From an uncultured delta proteobacterium (lineage in GTDB: Bacteria; Desulfobacterota; WTBG01), in assembly GCA_963793865.1 (NCBI GenBank), contig CAWCBP010000010.1, positions 1 to 64,000 of the forward strand: a DNA stretch of 64,000 nucleotides, written 5' to 3'. The notes under the pieces were generated by a model. That model saw nothing but the letters and a program-made list of their open reading frames with translations. It searched no databases and was not told the origin of the DNA. Every line of letters begins with the position of its first letter. The stretch's first letter is position 1. The translations under genes and the position numbers were made by a program. Of this stretch, positions 42,271 through 53,308 are shown piece by piece.

Positions 42271-43619
42271 TTACAATGAGTTCACGCTCTGCGCTGCATG
42301 GCGTTTTACTCCACTCTGCTTCAGCCGTTCTATCACTCCCGGGATGATTTCAAAAATGTCTCCCACGATGCCCAGGTGCGCCACTTCGAAGATGGGCGCG
42401 TTCTTGTCCTTGTTGATGGCGATGATGTGATCCGAATCCTGCATGCCCACCAGGTGCTGGATGGCGCCGGAGATGGCGCAGGCGATGTAGAGCCTGGGCC
42501 TTACGGTTTTGCCCGTCTGTCCCACCTGCCGCGCATGGGGCATCCAGCCCGCGTCGATGGCGCTGCGGGAGGCGGCAACCACGCCGCCGAGCAGGTCCGC
42601 CAGGTCCTGGAGCATTTTGAAGTTTTCCGCCTGGAGCAGCCCCCGCCCCCCGCTGACGATGACGTTGGCGCCGGCAATGTTGATGGATCCTTCGGCGCGC
42701 AGGGACTTATTTCCAATACCCTGGTGGTGATCCTGTCCTCGGGCAATTGGAAGGACTCTAAAATCAGTTCACCCTTCCTCCCCGGCTGAAACTGCGGCCT
42801 GGGCATCACGTGGGGCCGCACCGAGGCCATTTGCGGGCGGCAGGTCTCGGTTAGAATGGTGGCCATGATATTGCCGCCAAAAGCCGGACGGGTCTGCTCC
42901 AGCAGGCGCATCTTTTTATCTATGGTCAGCCCCGTGCAGTCGGCGGTCAATCCCGTTTTGAGCGTGGTGGCCACCGCCCCGGCAAGGTCCCTTCCCAGTC
43001 CGGTCGCCCCCATGAGAACAATTTCAGGCTTGTACTTGTTGACAAGCGTCACCGTGCCATGCAGGTAGGAGGCCGTGCGGTAGTGCTGGAGAAGGGGGTC
43101 GTCAATGAGGTATACCTTGTCGGCGCCATATCCGAAGGCCTCCTCTGCCAGTCCCTTCACATGAGAACCCAGCACGAAGGCAGAGAGGTCAACGCCCAGG
43201 TCATTGGCAAGCGTTCGTCCCACGCCCAGCAGCTCCCAGGACACGGGATGGGCCTTCCCGTCGTTCTGTTCAACAAACACCCACACCCCTTTCCATGCCG
43301 CGATCCCGGTTGTCGGCCTCCGTCTCTTCGGGTGACCGCTTCCTCGTCCTTCCTCGGCTGCTTCAGTCTGCATTCCGGCGAGCAGCTTTTCTTCCTCGGG
43401 GGTCAGATACATCTCCAGCGCCGCCGCCGGGCACACCTTGACGCACTTGCGGCAGCCGATGCACTTTTCCGGGGAGATGATGGGTTCACCCCGCTCGTTC
43501 ATTTCAATGGCGTCAGCAGGGCAGGACATCTGGCAGCGCGCGCCGCAGGCGATGCACTTGTCGGGAATGAGCCTGGCTTTCCCCCGCGGCTTCTTTTTCT
43601 TCCTTGCCAAATCTTCCAT
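42271..43619 (-). CDS. etfA: Electron transfer flavoprotein alpha subunit with N-terminal 2x4Fe-4S ferredoxin; frameshifted
   Basis: [10 protein letters not shown] and [49 protein letters not shown]. Confidence 0.9.
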
Positions 43620-43661
43620 TGATCCTCCGGAGCGGAAGGGGATGTGTTGCTGGTTTCTGAC

Positions 43662-44483
43662 TTAACTCGTGCAGGCCGCACAAAATCCCAGTCGGCGAGC
43701 TTGTCGGTCATAGCTTTGATGGCTTCTGTCCGGTGATCGCCGGTCCCCGGCGATGATTTCACCTTTTTCCCGCGCCGGGGCAAAGATTTTCCTGACCTGG
43801 GTCGGGGATCCCTGCAGGCCGATGGTTTTGGCGTCAAGCTTGAGCACGCCGTTGTTCCAGAGAGGCATGGCCGCCTCTTCCGCGTCGAGCCGGCCGGGGA
43901 CCGTGGGGTAGCGCGGAATGTTGATCTCGCGCTCAACCGTGATCAGGGCGGGAAGTGCCGCCTCCACTATTTCGTGGTGCTCTTCCAGCTTGCGCTGCAC
44001 GCGGATGACTTTTTTCCCGGAATCAATTTCAATTACCTTGTCGACCAGGGTCAGCTGGGAAAAATTGGTGCGTGACGCAATGCCCGGGCCCACCTGCGCG
44101 GTATCGCCGTCAATGGTCTGCTTGCCGCAGATGACCAGGTCAACCGGTTCCTTTTCGCCGAGCTTGACGATGGCCTCGGTCAGCACCCGGCTGGTTGCCA
44201 GCGTGTCCGCCCCGCCGAAGACGCGGTCGCTTAAGAGCACGGCGTCATCTGCGCCCAGCGAAAGCGCCCGCCGCAGCACGCTTTCCGCCGTGGGCGGTCC
44301 CATGGAAATGGCGGTAACGCGGGCTCCGTAGCGGTCTTTCAGGCGAAGCGCCTCTTCCAGCGCGTGAGTGTCGAAGGGGTTGGTGATGAAGGGGACCCCT
44401 TCCCTCACCAGTGTATTGGTCACCGGGTCCATTTTGACCTGGGTGGTATCAGGCACCATTTTGATGCACACAACGATGTGCAT
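43662..44483 (-). CDS. etfB: Electron transfer flavoprotein beta subunit
   Basis: IVVCIKMVPD, NPFD..ALEEAL, FGGADTLATS, CGKQTIDGDTAQVGP, GLQGSPT.V. Confidence 0.95.
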   Translation of the reverse strand: MHIVVCIKMVPDTTQVKMDPVTNTLVREGVPFITNPFDTHALEEALRLKDRYGARVTAISMGPPTAESVLRRALSLGADDAVLLSDRVFGGADTLATSRVLTEAIVKLGEKEPVDLVICGKQTIDGDTAQVGPGIASRTNFSQLTLVDKVIEIDSGKKVIRVQRKLEEHHEIVEAALPALITVEREINIPRYPTVPGRLDAEEAAMPLWNNGVLKLDAKTIGLQGSPTQVRKIFAPAREKGEIIAGDRRSPDRSHQSYDRQARRLGFCAACTS

Positions 44484-44510
44484 AATAACTCCTTGCGGTG
44501 GACAATCGGG

Positions 44511-44971
44511 TCAATTCTTCTTCCTGAAAAACAGCCAGTTCCTGTCTTCCTTCTCCTTTGGCTTGAGCTTTATCAGGCAGAAGGTTCCCTGCAGCTTCTT
44601 TGCCTTCACTTCAAAGACAATGCTTTTTTCTTCCCACTCAACCGGAAGATAGTTTCCGCTGTCCCAGATTTTGACCGTTCCTGCGCCATATTCCCCTTCC
44701 GGTATTTCGCCTTCAAAGGCTTCATATCCGATGGGGTGATCCTCGGTCTCCACCGCCAGCCGCTTGATGCCGGCAGTTCGCGGCGGTTCCTTGGGTATGG
44801 CCCAGCTTTTGAGCACCCCCTCGTGTTCGAGCCGCAGATCGTAGTGGAGATTCCGCGCATGGTGCTTCTGGATCACGAAGCGCAGCGCTTCGGAAGGCTT
44901 TTCCGGGACGCGCGGTGGAGGTTCCGGCGTTTTGCTGAAGTCACGCTTGCGCTGGTACTCTTTGAGGGAAT
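44511..44971 (-). CDS. Stand-alone LigD 3'-phosphoesterase domain protein
   Basis: SLKEYQRKRDFSKTPEP...FVIQKHHARNLHYDLRLE..GVLKSWAIPK, RLAVETEDHP, YGAGTVKIWDSG; start codon appears to have lost one base. Confidence 0.85.
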
Positions 44972-45043
44972 GGGAGGGGTAGGGGTTAGTGTACAGGGTA
45001 AGGAAACAGGTTCAGGGTACAGGAACAGGGTTAAAAAACAGTG

Positions 45044-45231
45044 AACCACGAAGACCACGAAGAAAAGCAGGGAGAACACGAAGTGTCAAGCGCATCAAAT
45101 TGTTTGTCTGTTAACAAAAAATTTGATGCGCTTATGACTCAGTTTCACAAAACATCCATTTGGTGTTGTTGTTCTCGGTTTTTCTCTTCGTGTTCTTCGC
45201 TTTGGATTTTCTCTTCGTGCGCTTCGTGGTT
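45044..45231. repeat. CACGAAG palindromic element with class I hairpin
   Basis: Arms plus AAGCGCATCAAATT/AATTTGATGCGCTT (45088-45133). Confidence 0.85.
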
Positions 45232-45264
45232 TAGAGAATCGGTTTATTCGGCCTGCATCCTGCA

Positions 45265-45492
45265 TCATGGATCCTGCATCTTTTCCTTCTTCACCACCCG
45301 CAGCCCTTTTCTTCTTTTCAGCTGCTCCTGCTCCAGCTGGAGCAGCATGCGTCCCTCCAGCATGGATCTCAATATTTTAAAAGAATCTATCAGGGCGCTG
45401 AGCTTGCGGATGGCCTCCTCGATATCCTGGGGATGGTTCAAAGTGCTCACCATCCGGCTGATCTCTTTTACCGACATGTGTTTGAAATTCAT
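45265..45492 (-). CDS. Small hypothetical helical protein
   Basis: 75-aa ORF whose end runs into the GATGCA repeat module. Confidence 0.4.
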   Translation of the reverse strand: MNFKHMSVKEISRMVSTLNHPQDIEEAIRKLSALIDSFKILRSMLEGRMLLQLEQEQLKRRKGLRVVKKEKMQDP

Positions 45493-45754
45493 TCCCTGCT
45501 CCGCTTGGAAAGGAAAATGCTGATGAGCGCATCAAGGAACATATGGAAAAGCGGAAAGCTTCCGGTGACGGGTATAATGGGAAAAGAGCGGGCGCCAATA
45601 AAAACAGCCTGCTTCATCACTGCTGCAGACGGGCCGGGCATGCGGCGTGTCACGGCCCTTCCGTGGGGGGACTCAGGCTGCCCGCGACCTGATGGGTTGT
45701 TGGGCTCAAACAGGGAAAAACAGCGGGGGAGAATCAGGTAAAAAAACCTGCTGA

Positions 45755-45946
45755 TTACTCCTCATCCGGCTCGTTCAACCGCACCCACAGCCGTGCCGCC
45801 TCAAGGCATTGATCATGAAACAGGCTTTCTTCCTCTGCCGGCAGATCCTCCTGCGGGTCAATTTCCGGGAACTGTTCCGCCAATGTTTCCCAAAAGGCAT
45901 CGCAGGCCTTCCGCGAGGCAAGCTCTATTTTTTCATCATCTATCAT
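45755..45946 (-). CDS. Small acidic hypothetical protein
   Basis: 63-aa ORF with GGAG upstream and natural-looking composition. Confidence 0.5.
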   Translation of the reverse strand: MIDDEKIELASRKACDAFWETLAEQFPEIDPQEDLPAEEESLFHDQCLEAARLWVRLNEPDEE

Positions 45947-46165
45947 TCACAGGTCTCCATCACATCACGTTTATCTTCATCGCGTCGAAAGATAACACCT
46001 CAGGGCGGGACAGCTATCCGGCGAGGCCTGCAACGCAAGCAATCTCAACACGACATGTTCATATCACAGAGAGCGGCACAGTCAAGCAAAGATTTGCGTA
46101 ACGGGCGCCTGCTTCGGGCGTGCCGGGTCGGCAGCGCGCAGCCGCCGCGATCATTCAGACGCCAA

Positions 46166-47535
46166 TCACGGCTGACTTTTAAAATCAGCGGCATTGACCT
46201 TGTGCTTTTTGAGAATGTTGTAGAAATCGGCGCGGAACCGTCCCGCCAGCTCGGCCGCCCTGCTGATATTGCCCTTGGTGACCTGGAGCAGATGGATGAT
46301 GTAGCCTTTTTCGAACTCGGCCTTGGCCCTGGTAAGGGATTTTAAAGTCTCTTCCGAAGACCCGTTCGAGGGGAGAATCAGATCTTCGGTAATGACGTCC
46401 TGCTGCGTCATGGCGACGGCATACTCGATGGTGTTCTCCAGTTCCCGTATGTTCCCCGGCCAGTCATGAAGCATCAGCTTTTGCATCCCGGGCGAGGTTA
46501 TGCCCTTCACCTCTTTTTTCATTTTCTGGCTGAACTGTTTAATGAACTCATTTACCAGGGGAAGGATGTCTTCCTTTCGCTCCCTCAGCGGCGGCAGATT
46601 GATGGGGATGACACAAATCCGGTAAAAGAGATCTTCGCGGAAAAGGCCCTCTTCAACCGCTTTTTTAAGATCCTTATTGGTGGCGACAATTACCCTGACA
46701 TCAACTTGATGGGTGTTTTCCCGCCAACGGAATAGAACTGCTGTTCCTGGAGGACGCGCAGGATTTTTGCCTGCAGGGCGGGCGACATGCAGGCGATCTC
46801 GTCCAGGAAAAGGGTTCCCCCGTCGGCCTGCATGAACAGCCCGGTCCGGCTTTGCGAAGCGCCGGTAAACGAGCCCTTCTCGTAGCCGAAAAGCTCGCTC
46901 TCCAGCAGGGTTTCGGGAAGCGCCGCGCAGTTGATGGCCACGAAAGGCTTGTCTTTCCTGTCGCTGGCAAGATGAAGCGTTTTGGCAATAAGCTCCTTGC
47001 CGGTGCCGCTTTCGCCGTAGATGTAAATGGTGGAATCGGTTTTCGCGACCATGGCCACCTGCCGCAGGATCTCCTGCATGTTTTTGCTCCGGGCCACAAT
47101 ATTTTCCACGCTGTATTTCTCATGTAAAAGCCCGGTAAGGTTCTTAATCTTGGCCAGCAACTGGTGTTTTTCGAGCGCCTTCTCGACCTGGAACAGCAGC
47201 TTGTCATGCTCAAACGGCTTGGCAAGGTAGCTGTAGGCGCCTTTTTTCATCGCCTCCACGGCGTTTTCGATGCTCCCGAACGCGGTGAAGATGATGACCG
47301 GCATGTCGGGGTTGATACGGTGAACATCTTCCATCAGGGAGATGCCATCCCCGTCATCATCAAGCTGCAAGTCGATAATGGCGAGGTCGAATGCCTTTTC
47401 TTTCACCGCCTCCAGGGCGGTGTCTTCTCTCTGGGCGGTCGTGACTTCATACTTCTCCGACTCAAGCCGCATCCTTACCACTTCCGCGAGATTTCTGTCG
47501 TCATCCACCACCAAAATCTTTCCCGAACCCATCAC
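46166..47535 (-). CDS. Sigma54-dependent response regulator (GlrR/QseF/NtrC-like), frameshifted
   Basis: REC domain, [41 protein letters not shown]-terminal [14 protein letters not shown]. Confidence 0.9.
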
Positions 47536-48353
47536 TGCTCCTCTTGTTCCAGATCCTTCTTCTTTTGCTCAAGTTCAATATCAACCTGCTTTTCTTTCTC
47601 GATAATATCAAGAATGTTCACCCAGATCTTCGCCTGTTCGGCGAACGTGCTCTTGGGATAGTCTTCAATGAGCCTGGTGAAATAGTCCCTGGACTGCCTG
47701 TAGTCCCGCTCAGGGTTGTCAAAATGGACACAAATGAGGCCCATGGTAAAAAGGGCCCTGTCGCCGCCGGGGGCCTTTTTGTCCAGCAGGGACAGCGCCT
47801 TCTGGTTTTCCCTGAGCGATTCCTGGTAATCGCCTTTTATCAGGAGATCCTGGCCGTGCAGCAGGTTCCTGCACGCGGCCTGCTCCCTGCTCTCAGGCTT
47901 TTTTTCAACCTGCTTTTTTTCAACCTGTTTTTTTTCACGTTCGCGAGCAATCCGCTTCTCTTTTTCAATTTCATCAATCACATGCACCCACATGTCTGCC
48001 TGTCCGGCGAGTGCGCTTCCGGGATAGTCTTCAATGAGCTTTTTGAAATTAGCCCTGGACTGCTTGTAGTCCCGTTGCGGGTTGTCGTGGTGGGCATAAA
48101 TGAGACCCATGGAGAAAAGTGCCCTGTCGCCGGGGGGCTTCTTATCAAAGGCGGACACGACGGCCTGGTTCTCCCTCAGGGCGCCCGCGTAATCACCCCG
48201 GGCGAAAAACTCCTGACCGCGAAGCAGGCTTTTGTCGGCGCTGCTGCGCATTTCCACTTCGCGCATGGCGGCGCAGCCAAGAAACGTGAAAAAAGCTACG
48301 CCGGCAATACAAAGATAAATGTACTGCCTTTTCCTAAAGTGCTCTCTGCCCAA
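47532..48353 (-). CDS. TPR-like lipoprotein with internal duplication (positional analogue of QseG)
   Basis: Lipobox FLGC; two copies of RENQ..DKK.PGDRALF.MGLI..H.DNP.RDY.QSR..F..LIEDYP. Confidence 0.75.
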   Translation of the reverse strand: MGREHFRKRQYIYLCIAGVAFFTFLGCAAMREVEMRSSADKSLLRGQEFFARGDYAGALRENQAVVSAFDKKPPGDRALFSMGLIYAHHDNPQRDYKQSRANFKKLIEDYPGSALAGQADMWVHVIDEIEKEKRIAREREKKQVEKKQVEKKPESREQAACRNLLHGQDLLIKGDYQESLRENQKALSLLDKKAPGGDRALFTMGLICVHFDNPERDYRQSRDYFTRLIEDYPKSTFAEQAKIWVNILDIIEKEKQVDIELEQKKKDLEQEEQ

Positions 48354-49780
48354 ACCTTACCTCCGTGAGACTCCACAATGTGCTTTACGATTGATAAACC
48401 CAGTCCGGTTCCTTTAATTTTATTCGGACTCCTGGCAGCGCCCTGCTGGAACTTGTCAAAGATGGTGTCCAGGCTTTCCCCGGCAATGCCGGTTCCGGTA
48501 TCGGCCACGGCTATTTTTACCCCCTGCTTAACCGGATGGGCGGAAACGCTGACCGACCCATTGGCCGGGGTGAACTTTATGGCGTTCCCGATCAGGTTGC
48601 GCAAAACCTGGAGGATTTTTTCATGGTCAGCACGCACCGGCATGAGGCCGGTTTCAGCTTTTATGGCGATCCTGATATTTTTGGTCACGGCCAGCGGTTC
48701 AATTTCACGCACCGCCCTGGTTATCAAATCCAGGATATCCGCCTGGACAAAACTATAGGACATCATCCCGGCTTCCATCTTTGCCAGATCCAGTAAGGCG
48801 TTGACCAGCTTGATCAGGCGGGCGCTCTCTTCCGACATGATTGCCAGGAGCTTATGCTGGTTTTCCGTCAGCTCGGTATTTTTAAGGCTCTCTGCCAGGA
48901 GCGATGAGCCTTCCTTGATGGAAGTGAGCGGCGTTCGCAGCTCGTGCGACATCAAGGAAAAAAAATCGGACTTTATCCTGTCGATCTCCTTGAGCCTGCC
49001 GCACATGGCGTTGAATGACTGCGCCAATTCTTTTATTTCAGGCGGCGAGGAGAGATTCAAATCATTGCCGAAATCCCCCCTGGCGATCTCTTTGGTTTTC
49101 TTCTTCATCGCGGCAAGGGGCCGGGTGATGGTTATGGTGAGCAGGATGGAGATGATGAGGATGGCAGCAAGCGCGGCAATGGATATTCCAATCGCCGCTT
49201 TTCTCGCCCGGTCTTCAGCATCCCCCAACTGTTTGACTTTGTTAATGGTCGCAGTGGTGCTGTCGGATGACAGCTTGTTCAGGTTTTCCATTATATCATC
49301 AGCAGCACGGTCTCGCTCTTGCTGAAACCTGACGGCATCGTAATCTTTTCCGGATTTCAAATAGCCCATCTCTTCATTCATTGAAGCCTGGTAGCGTTCA
49401 TAACTATGATTGATTTTCGCCAACCGATCCTTGGCCTCGGCGGTGTTTACCACCGATTCTATTGCTTTGGCATCGGCTTTACTTACCACCGTTGCCAGGT
49501 CGCTCATGCTCGTATCAAATGTAGATTTCACCAGGAGATATTGGCTGTACAACCCTTCGTCTTTAATAATGAAGTACTTCTTTTCGTATCTCACCATCGA
49601 GAAAAAAGCATTGAACAGGTCCTGCTCCAGCAGTATGGAGCCGGCATCAACACTGGTGATAGTTTTTGTTCTATCCTCCAATTGGCGGAGCTGCAGGATG
49701 CAGTATATGCAGGCGGCCATCGCCAGGATGAATATTGCCAGCAGACTGATCACCATTCTGGAAAATATGGTTACTTTCAT
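48296..49780 (-). CDS. HAMP-domain sensor histidine kinase (GlrK/QseE-like)
   Basis: Two TMs, HAMP, SHELRTPLTSI, NLIGNAIKFT, DTGTGI, GTGLGLSI. Confidence 0.95.
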   Translation of the reverse strand: MKVTIFSRMVISLLAIFILAMAACIYCILQLRQLEDRTKTITSVDAGSILLEQDLFNAFFSMVRYEKKYFIIKDEGLYSQYLLVKSTFDTSMSDLATVVSKADAKAIESVVNTAEAKDRLAKINHSYERYQASMNEEMGYLKSGKDYDAVRFQQERDRAADDIMENLNKLSSDSTTATINKVKQLGDAEDRARKAAIGISIAALAAILIISILLTITITRPLAAMKKKTKEIARGDFGNDLNLSSPPEIKELAQSFNAMCGRLKEIDRIKSDFFSLMSHELRTPLTSIKEGSSLLAESLKNTELTENQHKLLAIMSEESARLIKLVNALLDLAKMEAGMMSYSFVQADILDLITRAVREIEPLAVTKNIRIAIKAETGLMPVRADHEKILQVLRNLIGNAIKFTPANGSVSVSAHPVKQGVKIAVADTGTGIAGESLDTIFDKFQQGAARSPNKIKGTGLGLSIVKHIVESHGGKVWAESTLGKGSTFIFVLPA

Positions 49781-50352
49781 CTTTCGCCATAAAAAAGATT
49801 TTGATAAAAAATAATTGCCGGCGTTAAAGCGTTACGCTCACAATTTGGCTGCGGGATTGTTAAACCGGGTTCAGTTCTGAGGCGAAGACGTCAGTTTGAT
49901 CTTACGCGGCGCAACAGCTCAAGGTGTCGATGATCCAAGGGGGAAAAGATAGATTCAATATCTTCACTTGATCCCCGGGACCCGGGGGCCATGGCTTTTG
50001 ATGTTCTTTCGTTGAGCGGCAGCATTTATTTATATATTACAATACTATTTACGTTTATGTTTTTAATGAGATCAAAAAAATTCATCTCCCGCGAACTTTG
50101 GTAACAAAATAATTTTATTCTGCAATAAGATGAAATCATCATAAACTAATCTGTATGATTTGTAAACATAACATTTTCATGAGAGGCGGATTATCAATCG
50201 CTGTACTCAATTGTATGCAGAATGCTGCAAAAAGTGTATTCATTTAAGATGATTAAGAGCAGACACTTGATGCTCACCGCTCTGTCTCCAACGTATTGAA
50301 TTGACGATCTTTATCCTGCTGCTTTCTTACCTGCCCGATTATTCCAACCTGT

Positions 50353-50368
50353 TGGCACTTAATTTGCG
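50353..50368 (+). promoter_or_regulatory. Sigma54 -24/-12 promoter
   Basis: TGGCACTTAATTTGCG (GG-N10-GC) about 100 bp upstream of the FN3 gene, divergent from the kinase. Confidence 0.7.
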
Positions 50369-50473
50369 TTATGCCTTATAAAGATGAAATGATCTCTATC
50401 ATTTCCCCTGTTTTATCATGGTGACAGCATAATGCATCAATGGAGTATCTTTTATTTTTGTACGGGAGGTTTA

Positions 50474-51800
50474 ATGGCACGATTGCACAAAAAAAAATAT
50501 AACCGGCCGATATCTGCCGCCTTTTGCGCGTCACTGTTTATTTTCATGGCCTGCTCCAACCTGCATGCTGCTTCAATAAATCTTGCCTGGAATGCCAATA
50601 GCGAATCTGATCTTGCGGGATACCGCATTTATTTCGGGACATCTTCCGGAAACTATACCTCATCACAGGAGACCGGAAGGATAACACGGTATACTCTTTC
50701 CAACCTGACCGAAGGCAGAACCTATTATATCGCTATGTCCGCTTTTGATGCCTCGCGCAATGAGAGTCGAAGGTCGGCTGAGATCAGGGGAGTTGCCACG
50801 AATGAGGAGCCAACAGTACCAACGAGGGACCGTTTATGAAGACGCAGAAGATGGGGGGACTGCCGGCTGGGCTGTTTATGATAACCTGCCGGCGGGGGCA
50901 GGGATAGATAATGTTTATGATGGCGATCGGCAGAGTGATGTGATTGAACTGAGCGGATCCGGGACGCTGAACGGGTATCGCCTGGGCAATGCTGACGGGA
51001 GTGACTGGCACAACAAAACGCAGAGGGTTATTGAATGGAGTATGAATTATACAGAGGCCTTTATAATATACATTGACCTGGAAACAACAGATGGGCATCG
51101 GTATCTCACCTACAGACCCCTTGACACTGATCAGCTCGGCCTGGGAGAGTATGTGTTTTTTGGGTTGGGCACCGATGCGATGGACGGGCAGTGGCACACC
51201 TTTGTGAGGGACCTGCAGGCAGATCTTAACATGGCGCAGCCGAGTGTCACCATACTTGAGGTAAACGGCTTTCTCATCCGGGGAAGCGGCATGGTGGATG
51301 ATATTAAACTTATTTCCGGCTCTACCATTTATGAAGACGGAGAAGACGGGCTGACTACCGGCTGGGCTGTTTATGACAACCTGCCGGCGGGGGCAGAGAT
51401 AGATAATGTTTATGATGGTGATCGGCAGAGTGATGTGATTGAATTTACAGGGTCCGAAACAGATAATGGGTATCGTACAAGCAGCAAGTGGCATAACGAA
51501 ATGCAGAGGGTAATTGAATGAGCATGAGTTATGCAGAGACACTTTATGGTGTACATTACCTGAGACCACAGCAGGAAACTGTTACCTTACTATAAGCCGA
51601 TTGATATGAGCCAACTGGGTACAGACGAGTATGTGTTTTTTGGGTTGGGGACATGCGATGGAAGGGGAGTGGCGCACCTTTGTGAGGGATTGTGCAGGCG
51701 GATCTTAACAGGGCGCAGCCGGGTGTGAACATTCTTGAGGTTAACGGCTTACTGATTCGGGAAGCGGAATGGATGGATTGATATTGAAACTTCATGTTAC
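50474..51800 (+). CDS. Secreted fibronectin type III protein with two tandem YED(A/G)EDG-starting domains; frameshifted
   Basis: Signal peptide, LAWNANSESDLAGYRIYFG...YYIAMSAFD..NES; repeat units start near 50834 and 51329; end approximate. Confidence 0.7.
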
Positions 51801-51913
51801 TCGATCAATATCAACGTGGGAGGTTGAGCAAATATCATAATCCGTACATTGTGATTATTTCAGGGTGACAAGTTTGTTAGCCCGTAATAGAAGCGGGATT
51901 TGTCTTTTGCAGA

Positions 51914-51948
51914 AAAAGCCTCTCAGTCAGAAGTGATGAGAGGCTTTT
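51914..51948. terminator. Bidirectional intrinsic terminator between the FN3 gene and ssrA
   Basis: AAAAGCCTCTCA...TGAGAGGCTTTT stem with A/T tracts on both sides. Confidence 0.7.
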
Positions 51949-51980
51949 CAGCTGCTTGAAACAGGAAATCGGGATTTTAA

Positions 51981-52341
51981 TGGTGGAGGCGGCGGGAGTC
52001 GAACCCGCGTCCGGAAATACTCCACTTAAAGTTCTACATGCTTAGCCTGAGTTTTTTATCTCACCTCCCGAAACTCCCGCAGGCAGGATTCCCGGGAGGC
52101 CAGCTCGTGAAGAATTTCATTCTCACCCCCGCGAGCAAAAGGTGGGAACTATCCCGCTGAGTCGACGCCCTTTACAGCCCCGCGGGCATTGGCTGCAAGG
52201 ACGCTTGCTGCTTAGTTAAGCAGCAAGGGCGTAATCATAATCGTTTGCGATTATGTTTATTTCCACCCGTTTAACGAGAGGTTGGAGTGCTCGGCATGCC
52301 CCTTAAGCTTCAATTATCCCCGTCGAAACCGTTTCGCCCCC
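51981..52341 (-). ncRNA. ssrA: tmRNA
   Basis: 5' GGGGGCGAAACGGTTTCGACGGG, 3' GGTTCGACTCCCGCCGCCTCCACCA, tag (A)NDYDYALAA*; next to smpB. Confidence 0.95.
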
Positions 52342-52647
52342 TTTCTAAGGATGAAATTCTAAATCCGAAGCACGAAATCCGAAACAAATCCAAAATTCAA
52401 ATGACCAAATGTTCCAAACTGCAACCATGAAGCCCACGAAGGGCAAAACATGAATGCAAGATACAGTCAGATGCTGAAATCTTTTTGAACCACGAAGACC
52501 AGAAGCAAAGTCCGAAGCACAAAAAGACGGACAATGACAACCATAAAGGATCTTCTTTAAAGGTCAAATGCGACTCATTGTTTTTATCACCCTGTTCCCT
52601 GAACCCTGTACCCTTTTTTTCGACCTTCTGCACCCTGTACCCTGCGT

Positions 52648-53115
52648 TTACATTCTTCCCTTGATTTTTGTGCTGCGAAATTCCCGTTCCGCTTCGCGGG
52701 CGAAATCTTTTTTCTTGATGTCCTCTCGCTTGTCGTGCGGGTTTTTGCCCTTGGCCAGGGCCATTTCAACCTTCACCTTTCCATCCTTGAAATACAGTTT
52801 CAGGGGGATGAAGGTCAGCCCTCTTTCCTTTATTTTGCCGTAGAGTTTTTTTATCTCGCTCTTGTGAAAAAGCAGTTTCCGCTGCCTTAAGGGATCATGG
52901 TTGAACTGATGCGCGTAGTCATAAGGGCTGATGTGCGCATTGATAAGAAATATCTCACCGTCTTTAATCCGGGCGTAACCGTCTTTAAGATTGGCCTTTC
53001 CCGCCCGGCATGACTTTACCTCGCTTCCCTGAAGCACGAGCCCCGCTTCATAGGTATCGAGGACGTGGTAATCGTGCCGTGCTTTCCTGTTCTGACAAAT
53101 CAGTTTTTCTGCCAT
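52648..53115 (-). CDS. smpB: SsrA-binding protein
   Basis: NRKARHDY, EAGLVLQGSEVKS, RKLLFHK.EI, DKRE. Confidence 0.95.
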   Translation of the reverse strand: MAEKLICQNRKARHDYHVLDTYEAGLVLQGSEVKSCRAGKANLKDGYARIKDGEIFLINAHISPYDYAHQFNHDPLRQRKLLFHKSEIKKLYGKIKERGLTFIPLKLYFKDGKVKVEMALAKGKNPHDKREDIKKKDFAREAEREFRSTKIKGRM

Positions 53116-53308
53116 AATTACGTTTATTAGTAGTGACATAAAATGATATCACAACCATGCCGTTTATACAAGCAGGTAAGAGAGGCCCTCTCGGAAACGA
53201 TTGCGATTGATTGTTATCGCGGGGCGTGATAAATTGAATCAAAAATTAACCACGAAGGGCACGAAGAAAGAAATAAGCACGAAGAACACGAAGGAGGTCA
53301 GCGAGCCA

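Noticed and set aside
44960..44975. Repeat insertion destroying the LigD-PE start codon
   Set aside because: Restoring one G (cAT[G]TCCCTC) gives MSLKEY..., consistent with a single-base error.
49800..50000. Riboswitch or leader RNA upstream of the histidine kinase
   Set aside because: Only short hairpins; no recognisable riboswitch consensus.
44..51800. Many split ORFs as pseudogenes or programmed frameshifts
   Set aside because: Single-base indels are scattered through otherwise intact genes, often at homopolymers; sequencing or consensus error is the simplest explanation.
51981..52010. Integrated island at the ssrA or tRNA-Gln 3' end
   Set aside because: No duplicated 3' end and no integrase seen in the window.
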